From positions 558,001-622,000 of the forward strand of contig LSRY02000024.1 of assembly GCA_001643675.2 (NCBI GenBank): a DNA stretch of 64,000 bases, read 5' to 3'. The notes beneath the pieces are model-generated. The model saw nothing but the letters and a program-made list of their open reading frames with translations, had not been told where the DNA came from and did not search any database. The translations under genes and the position numbers were made by a program. Source of the DNA: Monocercomonoides exilis PA203 (Eukaryota; Protista; Preaxostyla). Every line of letters begins with the position of its first letter. Position 1 is the stretch's first letter. Below are positions 1 through 13,340 of this stretch, one piece after another.

Positions 1-1782
<1,782 letters not shown>

Positions 1783-1996
1783 AGTGAAAATGAAGAGAAA
1801 GAAGAGAAAGGAATGAACAATTAGAGAATTATTCATTGCTTAACTTTAATTACCTCTGATCTTATAAATTTAAAAAAAAAATTTGATTGAAAAAGAGAAA
1901 GAAAACAATCAATGAAAAGCATGCAGCTAAAAAAAAAGAAAGATTCATTTTGGAAAGAAGATTGTATCTTTGAGTTTTATAAATTAAATTTCTATT

Positions 1997-2175
1997 TCCT
2001 CCTCCTCCTCCTCCTCCTCCTCCTCTTCTTCTTCTTCTTCTTCTTCTTCTTCTTCTTCTTCTTCTTCTTCTTCTTCTTCTTCTTCTTCTTCTTCTTCTTC
2101 TTCTTCTTCTTCTTCTTCTTCTTCTTCTTCTTCTTCTTCTTCTTCTTCTTCTTCTTCTTCTTCTTCTTCTTCTTT
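1997..2175. repeat. (CTC)n-(TTC)n microsatellite, intergenic
   Basis: Pure triplet run seen directly. Confidence 0.95.
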
Positions 2176-3624
2176 TAACTGTGAGTCTAATATTTTTCTC
2201 CTCTTTTTTTTTTTGTATTTTTTAACTGTTTGTACAATTATCCTTTGAACTTTGCTTTCAGTTATTTCAAAGTTTTAATGGTGAATGAGTGATTTGCTTG
2301 ATTTTTATTATTATTATTATTTTAATACGAAGTTAAAGCTTAATGTTATTTGATCCTTCTTGCATCAATCATTTGTTGATAAACTTCTTTATCTCAATAT
2401 TGTTTGTTAATCATTATTCTCAAGGCAAACTGCTTTTCAATTGATGTTATAAACAAATATTTGCACTTTCGTTTTCATATTCAAAAACATATTTTTTCTT
2501 TTGAAACAATCTTTTTTTTTTTTTTTTTATTTTCTGTTCTAGAAAAATGATGAGCGTATTTGTTTAAGTGATTTTCAATGTTTTAATTTTTCATTCTTTA
2601 TCTCTCTCTCCTTGTTTTTTTCTTTTTGTTTTTGGTAGATTTGATATTTTAACATTTTTTTGATGATTCTTTCACATTCTATCTTTTGGTTTATTCTTAA
2701 AAAAAAATATACTGTTTTTGAGTATGTTAATTCCTTTATTCAATTTTTTTTAATATTTCAAATTTTAATTTTTATTCTGAGAATCTCCAATTTAACGTTG
2801 GAATTATTCTTAGCATAAACGAGTAATCAAAATTTTAGAGAAAATACGAAAGACAATTGACAAATAAGTTTGGGGCATAAATGTCTTTGAACAATTCATT
2901 TTTTTTTAATTAAATATATTTTTTTCAAATTGCTTTATTTCTTCATTTTATCTATCTTCAAAACTATTTAGGAAGAATGATTTTTCTGTCGAATAAAAGC
3001 ACCATCTTCAACATCAGATAGTCAATCCATTGAATGACAAAACATTCTTTGAAATAACTGACGATCTTTGAACTCAATGAGTCAAAGGTTTTCTGTCTTC
3101 ATTTTTTTATCGCAATCATTGGAATTTTTTGAAACATCTTTTTCTTCCAACTTGATGGTATTTTTTTTTTCGTGATTTCTTTCTGTGAATCGAAATTTTG
3201 TTTTTTGAAAGTTTTTGTTTTATAAATATTATTTTGATTTTGTTTCCCTTAAATTTTTGGTTTTAATTCACACATTTGCTTTGCAACCTATGGATATTCT
3301 TTTTTGTTTTTCAAAATGATATTTTTTATTCATTTTTCTTTTTTAAATAAAACGAATAGAAAATCAAACTTAATGAAAGAAATGATTGCATGGACTTATG
3401 CAATTCAATCAATATTTATTGTCGTTTATTTAATTTAATTGAAAAGTTCCATAAAAATTTTTGAAATGAATAATAAAATGAACCATAGCTAATGGTTATT
3501 GATCATAATTTTTGTTTCTTATTGAAAAAAATATAATAAGGTATTTATGAGTACATTTCTTTTCCTTTTATTTTTATTTTTGAACTCCCGATGTTTTTTG
3601 GAACATTTTTTTTGTTATATCAAG

Positions 3625-4897
3625 ATGTTTGGAGCATTGAAACAAAAAGCAACAAATCTCGGACAAAAAGCTCTCGTCAAGCTCGGACAAGCAGAAGAAT
3701 TCAAAGAAACGGATAGCTTTGAAAAAACCATTGAAAATTTCAAGGCATCACGCCAAGGTGTTGAAGAAATTGTAAAGAAAGGAAAAATTATGACAGCTGC
3801 ATTACGGTCGGCATCTGCTGCAAAACTGGCATATGTCTGCAAAATTCTTAATATTTAAATTCCAAATTTTTATTATCATTTTCCCTGAAGTTTCAAGAAG
3901 TTGCGTCTTTTGCTCAAAAGTCCGGAGTGACAGATCCCAGAATTTTAAAATTCAGTGTGAAAAATATATGAAATAATTGTTTTTAATGCTGTGGAATTCG
4001 TTTTTTTGCTTAGCTGAATCGCTGACAAGATATGAGCAATATTCTGCCGATCTTCCGTATGCAAATATTTTAAATGAATGTGTTATACTAATTTAATGCC
4101 TTATGTATTCATGAAGAAAAGCACTAGACGCTGTTGCAATAATGCCCCAAAGCGAATTATACGAACAAGTCATGCAGCCAGCCAACGTATGTATTTTTTA
4201 TCAATATTTTGGAAAGAGATGATTTTATTTTTCGTTTCTATTTTTTTTAAATAGAAAATGCGTCACGATTTAGACGATTTACGAACTTCTCGAGATGCTG
4301 CCAATCGTGAAAGATCCAAAGAGACAGGCACATTCAAGACTGAAAAAGCTGCCTCGGAATACTCTCGTCTCGATGAGAAATACAAGACTGATAGAGAGGT
4401 TCTATTGGGAGCGTTGCTTGAAGCTGAACAAAGGAAAACAGAGGGACTTTTGTTGCAAATGTCGTTGATGTTCGAAGAAATGGTATGTTTTCTTTATAAT
4501 TAAACAGAAAAAGAGCAGAAAGAAAATTTGTAAAGATAATTAAAATAAAAAAAGGAAATATTTATGGTCAAAAATGAAGAAATTGTGATTATAAATTCAA
4601 TATTATGCACAGAATTCTTTCTATATATTTACATATCTATTTATTTTTTTCTGAGTTATTTTGCTTGAGCATGATTTTTTGCGCATTTTTATTTTTTGAA
4701 CTTTAATATTTTGAATTATTTTTTTTATGACTTATTAATTAATCTTCTATTAATATAAATTCATACAGTACAAGATGCATGCCACCTCTTATTCCGATAT
4801 GGCCACATTGGAACCTGAAGTGCGTGCAACGATAGGGCAACTACAAGCATCTAAAGCATCATCTTCTGCTGTTCCTTCGCCATCTGCTCCACAATAG
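3625..4897 (+). CDS. BAR-domain-like (amphiphysin/endophilin-type) helical protein, 6 exons
   Basis: Introns 3835-3890, 3955-4013, 4057-4116, 4187-4254 and ~4483-4768 are GT-AG and keep frame. N-terminus KQKATNLGQKALVKLGQAEEFKETDSFE resembles the N-BAR start (QKLGKA.ETKDE.FE). All-helical composition, no SH3. Confidence 0.7.
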
Positions 4898-5467
4898 AAT
4901 GATTTCGATTTATTTATGTTAATAAAATAAGACAGAAGGATATTTATTGTTTTGTTGTGTGTATTTAATTCGGCGTTTATTTTGAGGAAACAGATTCGTC
5001 CGATGTAGAGTTGAAGTTTTGCTTGAAGTTATCAACTGTTTTTTTTCATTTCATTTCAATTTTTTTTTTAAGTTTGAAACGGGCCAAAAAGTATTTTATG
5101 TCTAAATTCTTTCTTTTTTTATAAACAACACAAATGAAGTGAAAAGAGAAGAGAAGAGAAAAGAAGAGAAAAGAAAAATAAGGATTTAATAGAAACATTA
5201 ACAAAACTATTGAAAAGAGGAATACATAATGCAAAATAAGCATTGAGAAATGAATCTAAATGATCACAACAAATTATCAAATAAAAAAGTCAAAATTCTT
5301 TTTTCAAGACTACATATTTTGGTTTAATCCACAAAACCAATCGATAACAAAAGAGCTTGTGAAATATACACACAGCGTTCAAAGATATATATTTCCCGCA
5401 CAACAACAACTACTGCTACAACAAAAGCGAAGAAATCTTTAACTCTTCTATTTTTTTTTAAATCTTT

Positions 5468-6871
5468 TCACCACATCCTCCTCCTTGTTGCAGATGCAGT
5501 CGCAGTCTGTCTTGGAGCAGAGGGAGATCTGTACTTGAATGTGGAATCATAACAGCGAGGCCTGGTCTCAGAAACAGAAGATGTTGATCCCAAAGTCGAT
5601 CCAAAGCTTCGAGAGGAAAGAGGAGATGAAGAAGAAGCAGTTGCACCCCATCTTCCACTGCCTCCGCGGAAAGACGAATCAAACGACCCGTCCAGCCCAC
5701 CTGACGATGAAAGCGAAGAGCGCATGAGCTGTGCTGTTCCTCCGAATGCTCTTGTGGCAAAGGCATCTTTCCCGACTGTTGCAGCAAATGACTCTCTCAG
5801 CCCACGAGTGGTGACAGGATGGTGCGAAGCTTCGCGGCAGCGCCTGAACGACTCCTGCCGATTCAGCTCTCGTTTTTCCACTTCCTGGTCTTTCTTTTCA
5901 TCGTGGATGGCATATTTGAACCTCTTTTGAAGTCTGGTTTATTGGGTGTTTCAAATACAATGAGTGAACGAGAGGAATAACATTTCAATAAAAAAAGAAT
6001 GTATTTTGATATTTAGAAATAATAACAAATTTTGAAATAGTGAACAACAACTATCAAACGCTTGACTGCTTTGCTGCCTATCACTTAGTTTGGCCTGTCT
6101 TTCTTTGTCAATTTTCTTATACAGAACAGACAGCTCATCCATATTTTCCAATCTTTTTTTATTAATTATGCTTATTCTCCTTTGCCTTTCAGCAGCTTCA
6201 TGACGAGCATATTCTCGCTCTTCCTGAAATAAATGAGTAAAACGGACATAAATCACAATGGTAAAATATGACCATACTAATTGATCAGCTGTCTCTTTTA
6301 TCTTTTGTGCTTCTTCAAATCTGTTGTAAGCATCAATTCAAGTTTCAAAATTTTTTAGAGTATAAAATTTTCGTTAAACCTTTTTGAGTTAGCATTTTCT
6401 CGTTGCGAGTTTCTCAGATTTCTTAATTCTCTTGAAGGATTCAAAGGAGGAAAAGGTTCAGCATCTAATTCTGCTTGTATCTCTCTGATTTCTGCATTAT
6501 GGCGTGACTAATACAATGATTAAGAGAATATGAAAAAGAATAAAAATATCCGTTTTTTTTCAAACTTTCATTTCTGAAATCTTATAAGCTGCTTCATCCT
6601 CGAATATTCTCATTTCATCATCCCAATCTCGAGAAAAAGATCGAACAGTTGCATTGTATGTCGATTTTAATCGCGCTTCGTCTTCCTTTTGTTCTGCTTC
6701 AAGAGCTTCTTTCTTCTTATCAGAAAGGGATCTTTTTAAAGCTTCAAGTTTCTGGTTTTCTCTCGCAGCATCCATATATTTTTCATTTGCACTTAAACGA
6801 TCAACAAGCTCTGATTGTTTAGTCACTTGTTGTTGCAGCAACTCGATATCTCTGTAGAGATAACTGGACAT
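5468..6871 (-). CDS. Coiled-coil protein of unknown function, ~5 exons
   Basis: ORFs 6560-6871, 5951-6256 and 5468-5881 join via GT-AG introns through PFPPLNPSRELRNLRNSQRENAKLKRFEEAQKIKETADQL. Heptad-rich and charged, with a Ser/Gly/Arg tail. Confidence 0.7.
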
Positions 6872-7032
6872 TTTTAGATTTATTCAATTTCCCATAAATA
6901 TTTCGGAAAAGAAATTTGTGTCATTTGTCGTCAAACAACAAAAAAACAATTGTATTTTAATTAAACATAAATAAGTTTATTTTTTTCTCAAAATGAAAAA
7001 CCATTATATATATTGTTGTTATATTTACAGAA

Positions 7033-8305
7033 ATGGGCACCTTATTTTGCAGGCCAAGCCCAAAGAAAGACTCTATTCAAAGACCTGTCATTGTTCAAAA
7101 TGTTGGGGAGGAGGTGAAGCCAACAAACAAAGGACCTCCTTTTAATTTAGATTTGCTTTTTCAAAAGGTGAAGGAAACATATGAAAATCCGAAAAAAGAC
7201 AGTGTCGATATTGATTATCCAAGGTTCCTATATGCCATCTATATTAATGAATGTCATTAACCTCCGTAAAAAAACAATTTTATTTTTTGTTTAGATTTTC
7301 AAAACATATGATCATGTTTAATCAATATCGGCAAGTCCTTTGGGCTTCTGAATTTATTTCAGATGCTCCGAACCGTATGCCTTGATTTTAAAATTATTTT
7401 AGATGGTTAATTTGTATTTCTATTGTTTTATTGCATTTTTGAAAATGCTTTTTTCAAATTGTTAAAAACTTGTTTATTTATTTGTAACATAGCAATTCCG
7501 ACTTCACTTGAAGTGCTTCTCGCAGTCCTCGAGCCAGAGAGGCTAGGAGCAATTAAAAAAGAAATCGATGAAAAGTGGATTCATGATCCAGTTTTTAATG
7601 AGGTTTGATCGATTGTCATTAATTATCGTGGCTTTGACAAATGTATTTAGAAACAACGATTTTCAGTGTTTCTCAAAGAAGTTATAAAAAATGAGTCAAT
7701 AACATATCATCTAATGAAAAGTCTGACATTTTTTGTTTATCAATTAATTCCTTTATTCAATTTTCCGAAATGGAACTTTTTTTGACATTTGATTAATTAC
7801 TTAGCATTCACTCAAGTGCATTATTATCCGTGCGTTTTGTCTATGACGATGGCACTTGCTCCGAGTGTGATGTTTAAAGATGCTGGAAGCTGGATCATTG
7901 AGATAACTCTCCCAACTGAACGAAATTTAAAGTCACTGAAAGCTCATCTGTTATCTTCATGTCAGGTTTGGTTTTTGTAATTTTCTTTTGTTAGTTTTTT
8001 TTTTTTTTTCTTTTTGCTTATCTACGGGGAAAAAATATCGCAAAAATATTTATTTATTTCTTTCTTCTGCTTTTACTGTTGAAATTTTGATGTTATTATC
8101 CTCATTTTGCTATTCAATGATTTCTTCTTTTGTCAAAATAAAAAAAAAAAAAATATTCTTTTTTTGTAAACAAACAAACAACAAACTTATAAGGTTGATC
8201 TTCGAGCAGCCGAAGCTGCTTGGACAAGCACCACAGACATGACGAAGCTTGAAGCAAACGGGCAACAAAGCTCAGCTGAAGATATGGAAGATAAAGAAAA
8301 AGAAA

Positions 8306-8336
<31 letters not shown>

Positions 8337-8707
8337 CAAAGGAAGCAAAGAGCCTAAGATTGAGCAAGAAGAGCAGGCTGGTAGTGTCGGTGGAGATAAA
8401 GTTGCTGAAAGGCAATCTTCTTCAGAAGTTGCAGAAGAGCAAGCCACGCAATCTGCGTCGGCTTCTTCTGATTCATCAACTTCTTCTTCCTCTTCCTCTT
8501 CCGAATCTTCATCGTCATCATCGTCATCTCCCTCTCACTCTCACTCATCTTCTTCTTCTGGTGTTGCAATATATCCACTTCATCCACCGACAATTGACAT
8601 ACCAACATCAGAAGATACTGTGATTGTTACACACAGAAAGAATCAGACCACAATTTCTCCGGTTTGCATTTATATTTTTATGAATATTAGTATATATATA
8701 TGTATTT

Positions 8708-8802
<95 letters not shown>

Positions 8803-9351
8803 CACTCTTTATTTTATTTTTCTATTATTTTATCATATTTGTTCATAAAAAAATGATATTATTACAATCAACTTTGTTGTCATTAATAAATTTAAACTTT
8901 TTAATGTGCTACTGCTACTATAACTTCTTCTTCTTCTTCTTGTCTTACAATTTTGTATCATTGTTTCCATTTTCTTCATTCGAAATATAATTCTTAATTT
9001 GTTTCATAGTTTTGCACCTGGACAATTTCGTTCAACAGCTTTTTCAAAATTAAAAAAGAAAACAAACAAAACGAAAATGCAGAAACACAAACAACAACAT
9101 CTTCTTCCTCTTCCTCTTCCTCTTCTTCCTCTTCAGATTCAAATTCTTCTTCAGATTCTGCCTCAGCCTCAGCCCCAGCCCCAGCATCTGAAGCTTCCTC
9201 TTTTGTTTCATCGAAATCGCTTGTTCTGTCATCCATCACTGTCACAATGGACAACTTTAACTTTGTCCCAACGGCAAGCAAAGAGCAGCGGAGGGTGTTT
9301 CTTACCCAACTCAGTCTTCCAAAAGAACAGATTGATTCTCTTTGCGAATAA
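7033..9351 (+). CDS. Hypothetical protein with GlfB C-terminal-like domain and low-complexity inserts; 7 exons
   Basis: Exons 7033-7223, 7295-7374, 7493-7602, 7651-7720, 7805-7965, 8195-8661 and 9010-9351 join in frame. Motifs DIDYPRF, LMKTFTQVHYYP, FKDAGSWIIEI, VIVTHRK and FCTWTISF recall the protist GlfB-C domain (from memory, unverified). Starts MGTLFC, a possible acylation site. Confidence 0.65.
8706..8800. repeat. (TTTC)n microsatellite in intron 8662-9009
   Basis: Direct repeat seen. Confidence 0.9.
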
Positions 9352-9652
9352 ATGTTGCTATTTCAATTTTTATTTTTTAATTATTCTTTAAAGTTTTTAT
9401 TTTTTTTATTAATTTAAAATGTATTGTTGTAGTATTTTTTTAGCATGATTTGCGTTAGGATGAGAACATTCTTTCTCATACAATTTTATTTTCCATCAAG
9501 AGCACTCAATATATTTTTTTTCTAAATTTTCATATCATTTTTCGATTGTTCTTCAATTTTTCACTTCAAAAAGGATGATAAAAATAATAGTATGAAAAAA
9601 CGTTCTTTTTTCGTTTTGAAAAAAAAAGCACTCAACAGATATTAAAAATCAT

Positions 9653-10312
9653 CTAGTAAAAGCAAGCTGCTCCAAAGTTGGGGAAGTTGCCAAAGCTTCC
9701 GTAGTTTCCGAAGCTTGGCCAGCCAAACATCGATCTCGAAGCACACCCGTCAGCATTTTGCTGCGTGCAATCTTCAGCTCTGCAAGATCTATCTCTTCCA
9801 GCGCACATTTGGTTTTGGGAATTGTCGTTATAATTCTGAGCAGCGCGGCAGCTCTTTCCAGCATCCAGATCAATATTTGCAGACTGAGAAGAGAAGTCGC
9901 CTTCATCAACACGGGAATGCTTTTTATGAACAAGAAACTCGTTCTCGTTGCATTCTTTAAATTGATTGTTTGAAGTACGAATGTTTGCATCAAGCTTAGC
10001 TCTTGCATTTTCAGCGCTGCATGCGTCTGCATTCATGTTATTTGCGCAATTGGATCCAGCACCTGCACGCATTGAATCTTGTTGAGCTTGACGATTTGCT
10101 GCATCACGATGGAATCTGAACAAATCATTCATTGATTCTTGGCGAGGCGTAGGTATTTGGCAAGGATTTGTTTGAGGAAGAGAGCAAGTTTGGCATGGCT
10201 GACAAATTGAAATTTGAGGAACTGAAGGAATCTGAATTTGGGGGCATGCGTTGCAGCTGCTGCAACCTTGCGAAGACATTAGAGAAAAAAGTGTGATAAT
10301 CACGCCAATCAT
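9653..10312 (-). CDS. Intronless secreted Cys/Gln/Asn-rich protein (219 aa), unknown function
   Basis: Hydrophobic N-terminus MIGVIITLFSLMSSQ (signal-like), CxxC-rich Pro/Gln segment, Ala/Asn/Asp/Cys core, and an aromatic-Gly tail FGWPSFGNYGSFGNFPNFG. GC is higher than in the flanks. Confidence 0.75.
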   Translation of the reverse strand: MIGVIITLFSLMSSQGCSSCNACPQIQIPSVPQISICQPCQTCSLPQTNPCQIPTPRQESMNDLFRFHRDAANRQAQQDSMRAGAGSNCANNMNADACSAENARAKLDANIRTSNNQFKECNENEFLVHKKHSRVDEGDFSSQSANIDLDAGKSCRAAQNYNDNSQNQMCAGRDRSCRAEDCTQQNADGCASRSMFGWPSFGNYGSFGNFPNFGAACFY

Positions 10313-10331
10313 CTTTGCGTCTCTTTTTCAT

Positions 10332-10560
10332 TGATAAGTGAAATATTATAAAAATAACTTTAAATGAAACAAATTCTATTTCACAAAATATGTAACAAAC
10401 ATTTCACAAAAATTAAAAATGAACGAGCCAATCCATTTTCATTTGGATTTATACAGCCTACAATTTACAGTTTACTAGAAATAAACCATTCTTATGGATT
10501 AGTCATAATTACGAATGGTTTAGATCACAAACAAAATACTTAATAATCAAACAGAAAACA
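10332..10560. promoter_or_regulatory. Putative bidirectional promoter with dyad elements
   Basis: Short spacer between divergent ATGs. Contains ATTTCACAAAA x2, an AATCCA/TGGATT dyad, four TAC cores at 7-bp spacing (10452-10478) and a TAAACCATTC/GAATGGTTTA inverted repeat (10482-10522). Confidence 0.55.
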
Positions 10561-12003
10561 ATGCAAGACGCTACGGAGCAACAACGAATACCTGTAAAGG
10601 TTGTATTAAAAGAGACAAAAGAAATTCATCGACTTAATCTCGAGAAACCTCTTGAACTTTCAAAATTACGTTCTGCTATTTCGGAAATTTATTCTTTGGA
10701 AGATACCCAGAATTTTGGATTATATTATTTAGACGAGGATGAGGATGAAATAACTGTTGATTCACAATCGGATTTAGAAACTGCCATTTCATATTTTGGC
10801 TCTGGAACGCTCAGATTTATTGTTGCACCAAAAAGGGTAGTAAAAGGAGAATATCAGCCAAACTCAAGTGAAGAATTAGAAGGACACTTAAATGAAAAGT
10901 CATTTGAGCGTGCCCCGCGAATACGCTGGCAAAAGTCATTGGAAAAGTTCATGAAAAATGGATCTCCATCCTTTGGGTTTCCTTATCGAAGCTTTGATCA
11001 AAATAAAGAAATCAGTCAATCTTCCCAATCACAAGGATTTGAGCTTCCATGGTTTTATCATCATCCATCCTGCCCTTATCACATGTTTAATGCTTTTCCA
11101 CAATTTTTTGGAGGGGGTATGCCTTCGAAACAACTTCCAGAACAAATGCTAAATGATGAGGGAACATGGGAAGATTTTGAAGGATTTATGTTTGGGGAGC
11201 CAACGCAAGAGGACTCTGATGATTCATCTCCTGAAGCGCAAGTTATGAAAGAGGAACAGAGAGAAGCTGATGGCCTGTTATCTCCATCGGATGCTGATCC
11301 TTTCCATTACGCTCCTCGTGCTCATTTCCCGCTTCATCCTCCTCCCCATTTTCATTTTCCTCATCCTCATCCTCATCCTCGTCCAAAACATCACAGCACC
11401 GAACATGACAGGCGCAAGCGTTCTCCGTTTAATCCTTCTGATAAATCGGATACCGAATCTTCGCCACTTTCAGCACCAATGCATTCACCGTTCAATCATC
11501 ATGCGCATCATATGCCTCCTCATTCTCATTCTCCTCATTCTCATTCTCCTCATTCTCACTCTCCTCATTCTCACTCTCCTCATTCTCACTCTCCTCATTC
11601 TCACTCTCCTCATTCTCACTCTCCTTCGCATTCTCCTCACTCCCATTCCCATTCCCATTCCCATCCTCATCCTCATCCTCATCTTCCACCCCATTTTCAT
11701 CCGCCATTTAATTTTCCTGCCAACTTTCCTTGGGATTGCCAAGTCCGTGATTTGCAAGATTTTCATGGCCAGTCACCAGTTCATGCGATGGGTTTTAAAG
11801 ACGGTATGTGTGCATTTAACAAAGTTTCAAGTCCAATTTCCCCTAAAAAGATGGAATCAAGAAAGGAAGTACCTCAGGAAAGCAACAGCGATGAATTCTT
11901 AAAAGGGCAATTGGACAATAGCACTGAAAATGAGATAAAGTTATCGAATAATGAGAACATGGAAGACCAATCAGAACCTGTAGAGAAAAAAGATGAAAAA
12001 TAA
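10561..12003 (+). CDS. Intronless PB1-domain protein with His/Ser/Pro-rich repeat region
   Basis: N-terminal PVKVV...EIHRL plus the OPCA motif LYYLDEDEDEITVDSQSDLETA...TLRFIV is a type I/II PB1 domain. The remainder is disordered and contains (HSHSP)n. Confidence 0.85.
   Translation: MQDATEQQRIPVKVVLKETKEIHRLNLEKPLELSKLRSAISEIYSLEDTQNFGLYYLDEDEDEITVDSQSDLETAISYFGSGTLRFIVAPKRVVKGEYQPNSSEELEGHLNEKSFERAPRIRWQKSLEKFMKNGSPSFGFPYRSFDQNKEISQSSQSQGFELPWFYHHPSCPYHMFNAFPQFFGGGMPSKQLPEQMLNDEGTWEDFEGFMFGEPTQEDSDDSSPEAQVMKEEQREADGLLSPSDADPFHYAPRAHFPLHPPPHFHFPHPHPHPRPKHHSTEHDRRKRSPFNPSDKSDTESSPLSAPMHSPFNHHAHHMPPHSHSPHSHSPHSHSPHSHSPHSHSPHSHSPHSHSPSHSPHSHSHSHSHPHPHPHLPPHFHPPFNFPANFPWDCQVRDLQDFHGQSPVHAMGFKDGMCAFNKVSSPISPKKMESRKEVPQESNSDEFLKGQLDNSTENEIKLSNNENMEDQSEPVEKKDEK
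11518..11682 (+). repeat. 15-nt coding minisatellite (CATTCTCACTCTCCT)n encoding HSHSP, then HS/HP dipeptides
   Basis: About 7 tandem units seen directly. Confidence 0.9.
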
Positions 12004-13340
12004 AAGTGAATATTATTTTTTGTCTTGAAATTGAGAGGTTGTTGCATTTATCTGCACAGTTTTATTTGTTTGCTTTATTCTTTATTTTCCATTCGCTTGT
12101 GTTATATTTTATCAACTAAATATTTTTCACTTTTCATAATTCAAATGAAAGGTTTTATTTTTTTTGAAAAAACTTATAATTTATCACAATGACAAGTTAA
12201 ATCTTTCGTTGATGCATTTAAAAATGGAACTGTTTTTTTAACAGTTCATTGGGAATACAAAAAGTTGGGAAAAGGAAAAAAAGATTACAAATGAAGTTTT
12301 GAAGTTGGAGTACTTTGGTCTGCTTCGATAGAATTTTTATCTCTTTCAGTTATTTGCTCATTTCGCAAAATGCATTCGTTATAATATCAATCCATCAGAT
12401 GAATATTTGAACACAAGTCATACTTTCTGATTTTTAAAATTCATTTTTTGAGAAAACAAACAGCTTAGCTGATAAGCATAATCTTTATAAAATTAAATCT
12501 TATTTTGCATGTTAAAAATAAATTTGGAAAGTTAATCAATAAAATGAAAATTGCAAAAATAAGAATGGATTCATGAAAATTGATGAAATGATATATTAAA
12601 ATAGGATTGATCATACAGAAGGTCTGAAAAATAAAATTTTTACAAAAATTTACAATAAAATAAAACTAATTAAAATCCTCAAATCATAGAAGAGCTTCAA
12701 GTTGAAAAAAGACGCAAACAAGGCACTTTTATATAACACGCAACTAGAATAACTCTTGAAAAGTGCACTGTTCATGAAAAAATGAATATACACATCAATA
12801 AGAAAATAAACAGAAAATTTTATAAACAAAAATGAATCTGACAAAATGAATCAAATTAAAAAAATAAATAAATATAAAATAAAACATAATCTAATAAAAT
12901 CCTCACAAAAATCAAATGAAAGATATAAGATTAAGGAATTCGAGTTAAAAATTCGATCATGTGAAAGAAATACACAATAGTGAAATTTTTTGAAAGAAAG
13001 AGATTAAACATTGAATGATAATGAGATTTGATGAATACAAAAAGGAGCTTGTTTTTTTTCGTTAGAGTTTAGCAGCAGCAAAGAGAGAAAAATTGAAATG
13101 TTTAATTCATGTTAATGAACATACAAAAATACAATGTTGTTTTTCTCAAAAAACAATTCTTCATCCTTGTCAGTATCGTATCTCTTATCGTAAAAACGTA
13201 ATATTTTTCCTGAAATCAGAAAAAATTACATATCTCCTGCCTTGTTTACTTAAAATTGCTTTCCTTTTTTGAAATCCTAAAATATTTTTTATGATTTGAA
13301 ATTGCCATATTCTTGGATAACCCGTTCGAGATTGTTTGCC

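Noticed and set aside
1912-2178. Poly-Leu/poly-Phe ORF
   Set aside because: Translation of an intergenic (CTC)/(TTC) microsatellite.
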